Shown in pieces: positions 9,831 to 19,207 of a DNA stretch of 64,000 nucleotides (positions within the stretch are counted from its first letter, which is position 1; every line of letters starts with the position of its first letter). Source of the stretch: a virus; IMG/VR virus record IMGVR_UViG_3300042434_002493, positions 16,436-80,435 of that record. One strand, 5' to 3'. The notes beneath the pieces are model-generated. The model had not been told where the DNA came from and made no database searches. It saw only the letters and a program-made list of their open reading frames with translations. A program made the translations under genes and the position numbers.

Positions 9831-12800
9831 ATGGCCCAGCCCGCGCAGCTCAACATTTTCGGCGGTCAAGATCCCATCCGCAACGGCGGCGATCCTTCGC
9901 ACGGCGGGGCCCTTCACCAGGAGCGGCGCACCGACAGCCGAGGAAGGACCGAGACGAAGTGGGTCCGTGACCCCAACGACCGACGCACCGTGGACTTGGA
10001 GAAGCTGATCGCACTCAAGGAAATGGGCCGCCGGGTGGACCGGCCGACCCTGTTCCGGTGGGCAGCCGGCCGGGTGAAGCACGACCCGGACACCTGGACG
10101 GCCTACCGCAAGTCCACAGCCGAGGAGACCCGCCAGGAAGGCGAGCAAGAACTGCGTCGCCGGTACGCCTGGCATCAGACGTTCGGCGAGCACACGCCGT
10201 TTCACCCCGCAGCGATGAGCGATCACATCACCGGCAGCTTCGAGGCGGAGGCCGCGAAGGCCGTCACGTTCTACCTCGCCGTGATCTTCGCCGAGGGTGG
10301 CAAGGCCGGCCCCATCGCCAACCGGCCGGGCCTGGTATTCGACTACATGAGCCGCCGTTGGAAGCGGGTCGAGCCCCACGAGGAGGGCGTTCACCTCGAC
10401 GAAGAGGCCGGGCAGGCTCACGTCGTCCCTTGGAAGCCGAAGCGCGACAAGAATGAGACGATGAGCCAGGAGGACTGGCAGGGCTTCATCGACGACGCGA
10501 ACGAGCCACTCCACGAGCGGGCCGCGAAAATGAACGCCACACTGGCGCACTACAAGGCGGGGCACCTGGAGTTCAAGAACCCCAGGGGCGACGGCCACGC
10601 GGTCATCATCCCGGATGCGAGCGAGCCGGGCCGCTGGCGTTACTCCGAGTACGACAAGAGTGGTTTCTCATCGCACACGACTCACGACACCCCAATGCAG
10701 GCCGCCGCCGCCGCCGGGGAGGCCGGTTTCACCGAGCCGGCGCCCGGCAGCCTGGATCGGCTTTCGCAGACCGAGGAGTGGGATCGCGGGACTCGCTCCG
10801 CCAAGATCAACCAGCTTGGCGGAGAACTGAACTGGAAGGGGCACCACGAGGCCGACCTGGCGGTGCGCAATCACTACGCCCGCCACGGCTGGAGCGCCGA
10901 AGCCTACCAGCGCATCATGCAGCCCGACGTCCTGGCCGCCGTCCGCGCCGGCCAGGTGCATCCCGAACTGCTCAAGGCCATCGCCGATCACCGCGAGGGT
11001 TTCAAGGCCGCGCCGAAGCTAGACTTCGGCGAGACGGCCCCGTCCGGCGAGCGGTGGATTACCGTCCGCCCCAACGGACCCGACGCCAAGGGTGTCCCGG
11101 TCCTGGTGCAGGTCCACCCCCACAACCCGCGCCAGGGCCACATCATCGGCGGCGCCGGGGGCAAGATGAACCTGCGCCGGCTCAACCTCAAGACCCCGGA
11201 GGAGTACCGGGCCGCCGCCGCCGCGCGACGCAAGAACCGACGCAAGAGCGAGAGCACGCAGGTTGACACAGGCCAGAGGGCCGCGCTCGAAGAGGTCAAG
11301 GGCGAGCACCAACAGCGCCGCAGGGCCGCCGCCGCCCAGGTACTCCGCCACGCCGGGCATCACGAGCTGGCCGACAAGATCGCCGCCGGCCCGCTGGCAG
11401 GCCAGGAGAGCGAGCACAAGGAGGCCGTCGCCGACGGCTACCGCAAGGTTCGCGTGCTCATGGCCAACGCCCGCCGAACGCTCGCCCAGGACACCGACGC
11501 CCGCGAGGCCGCAGGTCTGGGGGAGCTTCCGGCGACGAGCGGAGACGGGGGAATCGGGGCGAGCGACATCGCCGGCAGGCAGGTCATGCAGGGGGGCCTC
11601 GACTACAAGCGCGACCGGGCCGCCCTGAGCGACCAACAGGCCGATCTCGCCCGCGCCCAGGCCCTTCGCTCGCGCCTGGACGCCGATCTGCAACACGGCG
11701 AGCCCATCGACGCGCTCACCACAGCGCAGCGGTACGCCCGCGCCGCGAACCTTACCCACCGCGACATCGAGGCCGCGGGCCCCGTCGAGATCGCCGCGTT
11801 CGCCCGGCTGGCCAGCCGGCGCCTGAAAGCGTTCCGGCGGCTCCAGGAGGCCGTCACCGAGGCCGGCGGGGACAACACCGCGCCCACCATGCCCGACGAG
11901 GCTCGCGAGGCGATGGACGACATGGCCGCGGTCGTCAGCGGCAGCGGGCAGGATGCCATCGACGCCATGACCGATCCCGCGCGGAACGAAACCGCGCGCA
12001 AGGGACTACAGGCCGCCGTGGACCACGGCCTCATGGACCCGCAGCGCGAGCGGGACATGACGGCCCGTATCGAGCAGGCGCGCCGACAGTCCGCCGGGGC
12101 TCCCGAGCTTTCGCAGCTCAACCAGGAGCACGTCGAGTCTCTCCCGGCCCGCGCCATCGCCATCGTGGCCAACGACGCCGCGCACGCGATCCGCCGCATG
12201 CGCACCGCGGCCCCCGAGGATCTGCGCAAGCTCGCCGAGCAGGTGGGCGAGGAGGTGCCGACCATCAAGGGCGCCGCCGATGCGCTCGGCGAAGAGGCCC
12301 TGATCTCCGGCGAAGCCACCGACGCACAGCGCCGCTCGTTCTTGCGCCAGGCGCTCGCGTCCGGCGTGCTCACCGGCGACGCCACACCGCCGAAGGCTGC
12401 CGCCGATCCGTCCCTCGAAGTGAACGACGGGGCAAAGGCCCGCGCGATCTTCGAGGCCGGGTTGAAGGTCAAGGGTCTCGACAAGGAGGCCCGGCGCCGC
12501 CGCAACGCCATCATGGCCGGAGACCTGGCGGGCGCCGCCTCGCAACAGTGGGAGGCCCCCCGCGGCGGAGCCAACGACCCGACGCAGCAGCTCGCCGACC
12601 ACCCTTCGACCGAGATGGTCGCCGCGGTGCAAGGCGAGGTCCGCACCCAGCGCGCCCGCGCGTTTCTGGGGCAGGTCAATCAGACCTACCAGGACATCGG
12701 CCAGATGCTCGACGAGGACCAGGACGCGGCGCACGCCGATCTGGGCCGCCACATGAGCCGGGGCAGCTTCGACGCGGTCAACCACCACGCTCAAGAGATC

Positions 12801-15800
12801 CTGCGCAGCGCGACCATCGACCGCAACGTCGTAGACCTCCTCGGTTCGGAGGGGGCCGCACAACTCCTCGCTTGGCAGATCCGTCAGACGCACCCGGAGC
12901 AGGCCGAGGCATTGACGCAGGCGGTCGGCGACTATCACCTGCGCCTCCAGGACACCCACATCCCCGAGGCGATGGACACCTCGCGCGACGCCTACGAGGC
13001 CGCCCACGAGGTTCACCAGGGCATGCAGGAGCAGGGCGACCTGCGCGAGTGGCAGGCGCTCAACCGCCAGCGCATCGAGCACCTCGACCAGTCGCGGCAA
13101 ACGCTGGGCCGGACCTTGGGTTACCTGGAAACGTCCGCGGCTTTGCACGCCGCGATGCTTTCGCCGGCAGCGCACCCGATCCGCGTCTCCGCCGGGCCGG
13201 TCGATGCGACGCAGCTCGCAGCCCACGCGCGCGCCGCCGGACTCGGAGACGACGACTTCCACATCGAGCACGACGGCAAGAACGGGTGGTTGACGGTGCA
13301 GCCGGCAGCGTTCGGCAAACTTGTCCGCCCGGTCGATGCCGAAGAGGTCCGCCTCGACCGTGACATGGAGGCCATCCGCACGGGCCAGCAGGACGACCCG
13401 ACGTGGCGCCCGGCCGGGTTTATGCAGCGCACCGACGTCCGCCCCGAGCAGCGTTTCAAGGGTGAGGTCCCGCAGAACGCGCAGCCCTTCGACTACGGAC
13501 TCGCCGAGCACGCGAACATGCACGAGGCGATGGGCACCTACATCGCCCAGCGCGTCCACGACGGGTGGCGGCCCGTGGACATCATGCGCGATCTCCAGAA
13601 CACCGGCGAGCACATGGGCGGCATCGCCGCGGGGGTCGGCGAGGCCGACCTCCAGAGCCCGCAGGTGCAGGCGTGGCAGGAGTTGCACCCCGAGCCGCCG
13701 AAGACCGTGGCAGCCCAGGACGACGGGCAGGCGCGAATGCCCTGGGACCCCGAGCCCGAGCCCGGACCCAACCCCGCCCACGCCAGTTGGGAGCAGGACC
13801 GGCGCGAGATCGCGGCCAAGGGCAAGCTTGCCGCGTTCCACGAGGCTTTGGCCGCCCACATGCCATCGAGAGCGCAGGACAAGAATCAGAGCCTCCAGCA
13901 GGCCGAGGAGCACGCCCCGCACTTCATGGAGCTGGCCAGGCAGCACGCCGAGCGGGTGGGCACAGCGGGGACGTTGCACCACCAGCAACTCGACCCGACG
14001 TTGGCGAATGACCTCGCCTTTCGGGTGCTGGGCCGGCACCCGGCCGCGGTGGGCGCGTGGAAGCCCGTCGAACAGTTGGGCCACCACGAGCGCGCCGCTT
14101 TGCGCGAGTCGTTCTACCGCTACTTCCACAGCCGACAGGGGGAGATGCCGCAGGAGCTTCACCCCGAGGCCGTCATGGCAAAGTGGGCGAGCAAGAACCC
14201 GGAGCCGGCCCGCGACAACACCGCGCAGGGCGATCTCCTCGGTTTCGGCAGTCTCCCCGGCATGGGGGGATTCGGCGCGCCGTCGCCGGAGGACATCGAA
14301 GCCGCCGAGGCCGAAGCTGGCCACGCGCACGAGCGATGGGAACAAGCCCTCGTTGAGCACGAGCGCGCCCAGGCGGGCATCGCCGATCCCAAGGCCGCGT
14401 TTCTCTCCCAGGCGAAAGAGCACGTCGAAAGCGTCGCCCGCCACCTGGCCAAGACGACGAAGACGCACAACGACGACGCCCACCCCGAGGTCGCCGCGGC
14501 CCGGGAACGACACAGGCACGCGCAGGACGTGGCCGCGTTGCGCGCCGAGCCCGACGCGGCCACGCCCGACGCGCTCCGCGCAGCGCACGGAGCCTACCGA
14601 TCCGCCACAGGTGCGGCTCAGAGCGCCGTCGTGCAGTTGGCGCGAGCCGAAGACGCGCGGAGCCGCTCCGCCGCGCAGGCGTTCGATGCCCGTCACCACG
14701 ACGCGAGCCCGGAGTGGAAGGCGTGGCGCAAGGAGCGCGACGAAGCCGAGCGCGCCGCACACCGGGCAGCCTCGCGCTACGACGCCCCCGACTGGAACAC
14801 CTACGTCGCCAGCCACGGCGGCGCGCCGCAGGCGTACCAGGCGCTTCAGGATTTCGTGCGCTCCCGGTTCGTGCAGGAGTTCCGCACGCTCTACCAGGAC
14901 CACGCCCAGAGCCCGCTCCAGATCGGCGTGCAGGCGGTGGCCGGCGCCGCAGGCCACCGCCTCGCCTTCGACCCAGACTGGCGCGACCGTGTGCGCCGCA
15001 CCGCCAACGCAGCCGGCGCGACCGCGCGCACACGCGCAGCCGGCGGGCGGTTCAGTTCGGACCCGTACAAGGAGGCGCGCGAGCGGTTCCAGGCCCAGGC
15101 CCGCGAGATGGCCAATCGACAGACCAGCAACGTGGGCGAGGTCAATCCCGATCCGCGGCGAGCGCCCGACCTGGACGAGCGATACACCCTCGGGCAGGCC
15201 GCCGAGGGCCAGCTCGCCAACATCGTCGGGCAGCACGCGAGCATCATCGACCCGAGGCAGACGTTCGAGGCTCGCTCCGCTGACTTTTCGGGGCCGGGCG
15301 CCAAGCGGCAGCGCGCGATCAAGGCGTGGAAGCGCAGCCGCAAGATCGGGATGTTCCTCGGGACGGGCCAGGGCAAGACGACCGTCGCGTTCGGCACCTT
15401 CGCCGACCTCAAAGGCGAGGGCCGGGTCCAGCGGGGCGTGTTCGCCGTGCCCAGCATCGTGCAGGGCCAGTTCGGAGGCGAGGCGTTGTCCTTTGTGGAC
15501 CCCGCCCACATGCGCTGGCACGCGAAGCCCGGCGAGGGCAAGGCCGAGCGCATGGCCGCCTACGCCGACCCGGAGAAGCACGTTGTCGTCGTGACGCACC
15601 AGGCGCTTCGCGACGACGTCACCGAGATGGTCGCGAAGCACCTCGGGATGAGCCGCGAGCAGGTCGCCGCACACATGACGGACGGCGAGGTGCAAGCCCA
15701 GGCGCCGGAGGTCCCCCACCTCGACAAGATGCGCGACCTGGCGAGGATCACGCCCGAGCAGATGCTCCGAGACAGCGACTACGACAAGGCGATGCGCAAC

Positions 15801-18326
15801 GCCTACGTCGGCGGCGCGAGCAGCCGCACTACGCCCGCCCAGGTGCCGAGCTACCCGGTGGGCACCTGGAAGGTGGACGACACCTTCCGCGGCTTGTACG
15901 GGTCCGACGTCGAGCACCTCCAGGAGTTCGACCCCGACGATCTTGTCGCGACGGAGAACAACGTCGCCACGAACGCAGAGGGCCGCGGCACCGACGCCGA
16001 CCGCTATGCCGAGTGGGCCCGCAGCGGAGAGCACGGGGAGCCGCCCCCGATCCGCGTCGTCCAGGCCGAGGACGGCAGCATGCGCATCACCGACGGACAC
16101 CGTCGCCACGCCGCGGCGAAGAAGAACGGCCAGAAGATCAAGGCGTGGGTCAGCTATGCAGCGCACACCGGGCGCCTCGACAGCAACGGCAAACCCATCG
16201 TGACCGGACTGACGCACGAGATGGCAATCCACCGAGCCCGAGAAGCCGGCGACCCCGCCGAGGCGTGGCATGCCCAGACGTTCCCGGACCTCGCGGAGAA
16301 GATGCAGACGGCCGACGTGCAGCCGGTCAAGGGGGCCGCCGCGCGCACCGTCCAGCCGTGGACAGAGGACGAGACCGACCAGCACGTCAGGGCAGCCCTC
16401 ACGGCCCACGAGGCCCACGGACTCCTCGACTACATGGCCGTGGACGAGGGGCACGTCGCCTTGAACCGAAAGGGCAAGCAGGACAGCCACCTCGCCCGCG
16501 TCATCGACAGCCTGGGCCGCTTGGCGAAGTACGCCGGCTACATGACCGGGACGCCCGTCAAGAACGACACCAGCGAGCTGTACGACCAGCTCCGCAAGGT
16601 CGCGCCCCACAAGTACGGCGACGGGGAGGGTAAGACCAGCCTCCAGGAGTTCACCCGGCGCTACGGGACCGATCCGACGACCGCCGGGCCCGCCCTGCGC
16701 ACAGAGATGCGGCGTCACGCCTTCATGGCCGAGGCGCCCATGCCCTTCGAGCCGAACTACCACACCGACAAGCTCGACCCCACCCCCGAGCAGTCGCGAG
16801 ACCTCGACGACGTGCATCGGTCATACGAGCGGGTGGCAGCCGCCCGCCGGGCCGGTACGCTCAACATCGAGGCCGCCCGCGCGCTCGCCCCGAGCGCCTT
16901 CGCCAGCGTCGCGCCGGGGGACGAAGAGGCCGCCCGCGCCGTGGCCGAGAAGGTCCACCGCAGCCCGGTGACGTTCCGCGAGGCCGCGCTCAACCGCCAC
17001 ATCAACATGCACGCCCAGGGCGCCAAGCTCGCCCACCTCGACCAGTTGATCGGAGGCTACCGCTCGCAGCCGCTCCCCAGGGGCGCCCGCGAGAGCGAGG
17101 CCGCCTACCAGGCACGCACCGCCGCGGGCGACACGCACCGCCGCGCCGGAGTCATCTTCGCCCACAACCACGAGGCCGTGGCCCAGATCGCCGAGCACCT
17201 CAAAGCCAAGGGGCACCGCGTCGAGACCATCACCGGCAAGGACACCGGGCAGCTCAAGACCAGGAAGCGCGAGGCGTTCGACAGGGGCGAGCACGACATC
17301 CTCATCCTCAGCGACGCCGGAGCCACCGGCGCGAACCTTCAGTCGCGGGCGAGTTGGATCATCAACCACGACACCCCGGCGACCTACCACACCTGGAAGC
17401 AACGCAACGCGCGCATCCTCCGCGTGGGGCAGCGCATGGACCGCCCCGACGTCCACACGCTCCAGGTAGACCACCCCTGGGAGCACGACGCCGCCGCGCG
17501 CATGGAGCGCAAGCGCAGCCTGCACGACCCCCTGTACGCCGAGGACGACGAGAGCCAGGACGAGGGCGGACTCGCCCACATCATCCGCCAACACCTGCAC
17601 GAGGCCGCTTCGCCGCTCACGCCGCAGTCCTACGGGCCGCCGGCCCGCGAGACGCCCACGTCGGCGCCCGCGCGTGCCGAGCCTCACACGTTCCACGGCA
17701 GCAAAGAACAGTGGGATGCGTTGCCCGTCGCCTACCACACGACCGTGGACGAGGCCGGCGTGCGCGCTCACGGGTTCAAGCCAGACGCCTTCGCCGAGCA
17801 AGGGTACGGCGGGGGGCGCCAGCCTGGCGCGGTGTGGGCACACCACGGGCCGGGAGCCGCAGAGAGAGCGCAGGCGATGGCCGACTACATGAACGACGTG
17901 CAGGACATCGCCAGGCACCCCGAGCCGATGAAGCACGCACGCGAGAAGTTGCAACAGCTCGCCGCGAGAACACCCGGCGCAACCCCGCGAGACATGGACA
18001 ACGCCACCTCGACGGGCGATTTTTTGATGAAGTACGGCGACAGCCACGCGTCCGAGTTCCCGCACCTGCAACCAAAGACAGACGCCCAACGCGCGGCCAT
18101 GTGGTACGGCCACGCGCGCGGCTCTGCAAACGGTGGGCGACTGGGGGGGCAGAATGCGCCCGTGACACCCGAGGCCGTGGATCGTGCAGCCGCGCGCACG
18201 TCGCGCGCGTCCGTCGTACAGATCCGCCACACCCCCATTGGAAGCCAGAAGGGCGTCGGGATCGAGCACAACAGCGACCGCGCTATCGAGCCCAATCACA
18301 TATTCCTGCGGCACGGGGGCGGGTAG
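9831..18326 (+). CDS. Giant multidomain virion-cargo protein (2831 aa): SNF2-like ATPase with an inserted ParB-like domain and a possible C-terminal ADP-ribosyltransferase-like domain
   Basis: Walker A FLGTGQGKT (~15355-15381), Walker B VDEGH (16440-16454), MTGTPVKN, SDAGATGANLQ, QRNARILRVGQ. ParB-like PPIRV..ITDGHRR (16041-16106). ERWITVRPNG..IIGGAGGK segment. C-terminal AYHTT. Confidence 0.85.
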   Translation: MAQPAQLNIFGGQDPIRNGGDPSHGGALHQERRTDSRGRTETKWVRDPNDRRTVDLEKLIALKEMGRRVDRPTLFRWAAGRVKHDPDTWTAYRKSTAEETRQEGEQELRRRYAWHQTFGEHTPFHPAAMSDHITGSFEAEAAKAVTFYLAVIFAEGGKAGPIANRPGLVFDYMSRRWKRVEPHEEGVHLDEEAGQAHVVPWKPKRDKNETMSQEDWQGFIDDANEPLHERAAKMNATLAHYKAGHLEFKNPRGDGHAVIIPDASEPGRWRYSEYDKSGFSSHTTHDTPMQAAAAAGEAGFTEPAPGSLDRLSQTEEWDRGTRSAKINQLGGELNWKGHHEADLAVRNHYARHGWSAEAYQRIMQPDVLAAVRAGQVHPELLKAIADHREGFKAAPKLDFGETAPSGERWITVRPNGPDAKGVPVLVQVHPHNPRQGHIIGGAGGKMNLRRLNLKTPEEYRAAAAARRKNRRKSESTQVDTGQRAALEEVKGEHQQRRRAAAAQVLRHAGHHELADKIAAGPLAGQESEHKEAVADGYRKVRVLMANARRTLAQDTDAREAAGLGELPATSGDGGIGASDIAGRQVMQGGLDYKRDRAALSDQQADLARAQALRSRLDADLQHGEPIDALTTAQRYARAANLTHRDIEAAGPVEIAAFARLASRRLKAFRRLQEAVTEAGGDNTAPTMPDEAREAMDDMAAVVSGSGQDAIDAMTDPARNETARKGLQAAVDHGLMDPQRERDMTARIEQARRQSAGAPELSQLNQEHVESLPARAIAIVANDAAHAIRRMRTAAPEDLRKLAEQVGEEVPTIKGAADALGEEALISGEATDAQRRSFLRQALASGVLTGDATPPKAAADPSLEVNDGAKARAIFEAGLKVKGLDKEARRRRNAIMAGDLAGAASQQWEAPRGGANDPTQQLADHPSTEMVAAVQGEVRTQRARAFLGQVNQTYQDIGQMLDEDQDAAHADLGRHMSRGSFDAVNHHAQEILRSATIDRNVVDLLGSEGAAQLLAWQIRQTHPEQAEALTQAVGDYHLRLQDTHIPEAMDTSRDAYEAAHEVHQGMQEQGDLREWQALNRQRIEHLDQSRQTLGRTLGYLETSAALHAAMLSPAAHPIRVSAGPVDATQLAAHARAAGLGDDDFHIEHDGKNGWLTVQPAAFGKLVRPVDAEEVRLDRDMEAIRTGQQDDPTWRPAGFMQRTDVRPEQRFKGEVPQNAQPFDYGLAEHANMHEAMGTYIAQRVHDGWRPVDIMRDLQNTGEHMGGIAAGVGEADLQSPQVQAWQELHPEPPKTVAAQDDGQARMPWDPEPEPGPNPAHASWEQDRREIAAKGKLAAFHEALAAHMPSRAQDKNQSLQQAEEHAPHFMELARQHAERVGTAGTLHHQQLDPTLANDLAFRVLGRHPAAVGAWKPVEQLGHHERAALRESFYRYFHSRQGEMPQELHPEAVMAKWASKNPEPARDNTAQGDLLGFGSLPGMGGFGAPSPEDIEAAEAEAGHAHERWEQALVEHERAQAGIADPKAAFLSQAKEHVESVARHLAKTTKTHNDDAHPEVAAARERHRHAQDVAALRAEPDAATPDALRAAHGAYRSATGAAQSAVVQLARAEDARSRSAAQAFDARHHDASPEWKAWRKERDEAERAAHRAASRYDAPDWNTYVASHGGAPQAYQALQDFVRSRFVQEFRTLYQDHAQSPLQIGVQAVAGAAGHRLAFDPDWRDRVRRTANAAGATARTRAAGGRFSSDPYKEARERFQAQAREMANRQTSNVGEVNPDPRRAPDLDERYTLGQAAEGQLANIVGQHASIIDPRQTFEARSADFSGPGAKRQRAIKAWKRSRKIGMFLGTGQGKTTVAFGTFADLKGEGRVQRGVFAVPSIVQGQFGGEALSFVDPAHMRWHAKPGEGKAERMAAYADPEKHVVVVTHQALRDDVTEMVAKHLGMSREQVAAHMTDGEVQAQAPEVPHLDKMRDLARITPEQMLRDSDYDKAMRNAYVGGASSRTTPAQVPSYPVGTWKVDDTFRGLYGSDVEHLQEFDPDDLVATENNVATNAEGRGTDADRYAEWARSGEHGEPPPIRVVQAEDGSMRITDGHRRHAAAKKNGQKIKAWVSYAAHTGRLDSNGKPIVTGLTHEMAIHRAREAGDPAEAWHAQTFPDLAEKMQTADVQPVKGAAARTVQPWTEDETDQHVRAALTAHEAHGLLDYMAVDEGHVALNRKGKQDSHLARVIDSLGRLAKYAGYMTGTPVKNDTSELYDQLRKVAPHKYGDGEGKTSLQEFTRRYGTDPTTAGPALRTEMRRHAFMAEAPMPFEPNYHTDKLDPTPEQSRDLDDVHRSYERVAAARRAGTLNIEAARALAPSAFASVAPGDEEAARAVAEKVHRSPVTFREAALNRHINMHAQGAKLAHLDQLIGGYRSQPLPRGARESEAAYQARTAAGDTHRRAGVIFAHNHEAVAQIAEHLKAKGHRVETITGKDTGQLKTRKREAFDRGEHDILILSDAGATGANLQSRASWIINHDTPATYHTWKQRNARILRVGQRMDRPDVHTLQVDHPWEHDAAARMERKRSLHDPLYAEDDESQDEGGLAHIIRQHLHEAASPLTPQSYGPPARETPTSAPARAEPHTFHGSKEQWDALPVAYHTTVDEAGVRAHGFKPDAFAEQGYGGGRQPGAVWAHHGPGAAERAQAMADYMNDVQDIARHPEPMKHAREKLQQLAARTPGATPRDMDNATSTGDFLMKYGDSHASEFPHLQPKTDAQRAAMWYGHARGSANGGRLGGQNAPVTPEAVDRAAARTSRASVVQIRHTPIGSQKGVGIEHNSDRAIEPNHIFLRHGGG

Positions 18327-18327
18327 G

Positions 18328-18621
18328 ATGGACCCGATGGACGCCGATCACACCCGCGAAGCGCGCGACCGCGTCGAGGCGAACCTCGCCCGCGTCGAGG
18401 CCGTGCGCCGCCGCGCCGTTCAACACGGCCACATTCACCGGGTCGGAGTCATCGGGCCGCGAATCGAGGCCCTGCGCGAGGAGCGTGCCGCGATGGAGCG
18501 CCAGATCGGGACCGACCCCCGACACTGGCACGAGGACGACGTGCGCGCGCTCCAGGCCATCGACCAGGAGTTGCGCGGGCTGATGCTGACCTACCACGCC
18601 GATCACACGAAGGGGACTTGA
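18328..18621 (+). CDS. Hypothetical coiled-coil protein
   Basis: ATG directly after the stop at 18326 (alternative start 18337); in operon context. Confidence 0.65.
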   Translation: MDPMDADHTREARDRVEANLARVEAVRRRAVQHGHIHRVGVIGPRIEALREERAAMERQIGTDPRHWHEDDVRALQAIDQELRGLMLTYHADHTKGT

Positions 18622-18623
18622 GG

Positions 18624-18905
18624 ATGCCGATCTACGAGTACCGCTGTGCCGAGGGGCACACGCACGAGGCGATCCGCAGCGTCGCCCACCGCAACGAGCC
18701 GACCGAGTGCCCAACGTGCCACGGGCCGGCCGGGCGGGCCGGCGTGGAGCGGTGCTTCTTCGACCTCGTGGACAACGCCTTTCAGAGCTGCGGGTGGACG
18801 CGCCCCGGCATGAGCGGGGTGAACTACCAGAGCGGCAGGGCCCCCGATGGCATCCGCCGCCGAGAACTGCATCCCCTGGAGCGTGGCGCGGCGCGAGGGG
18901 ACTGA
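18624..18905 (+). CDS. FmdB-family zinc-ribbon protein
   Basis: MPIYEYRC..GH..E..CPTC signature. Confidence 0.8.
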   Translation: MPIYEYRCAEGHTHEAIRSVAHRNEPTECPTCHGPAGRAGVERCFFDLVDNAFQSCGWTRPGMSGVNYQSGRAPDGIRRRELHPLERGAARGD

Positions 18906-19123
18906 TGGACTTGACCTGCGGCGGATGCGGGTGGCGCTTGGGGGCCGTGGAGGCCGCCAAGGGCGACGAGCCCGCCGAGGGCTACAGCGTGGCCCGCACC
19001 CTGCACTTCCGGGCCGGCCAAGTGGTCGCCCGGTGCGGCAAGTGCAAGGCAGATACGCCCTTGCCGCTCCAGGTCCGCGTCATGTTCGGTCGCGGCGCGG
19101 CCGACGAGCCGCCCGCAGCCTGA
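18905..19123 (+). CDS. Small CxxC-CxxC zinc-finger protein
   Basis: TGATG coupling to the previous gene; CGGC..RCGKC. Confidence 0.65.
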   Translation: MDLTCGGCGWRLGAVEAAKGDEPAEGYSVARTLHFRAGQVVARCGKCKADTPLPLQVRVMFGRGAADEPPAA

Positions 19124-19207
19124 TCAGACCGCTTGCGCGCGGCCGAATGGCGCCGTTAGAGTCGCACGCAAGCCCAATGGCGGATCGCCGGGCATCGAGG
19201 AGATTCG

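Noticed and set aside
15690-16370. Intein within the SNF2 domain
   Set aside because: No splice-junction residues or LAGLIDADG motifs; the content is ParB-like.
12006-16817. 1603-aa minus-strand ORF, and similar long antisense ORFs (6044-8884, 20928-22955, 24130-26136, 31828-34143, 37027-39018, 41322-43352)
   Set aside because: Antisense shadows of GC3-rich genes, with no motifs or RBS.
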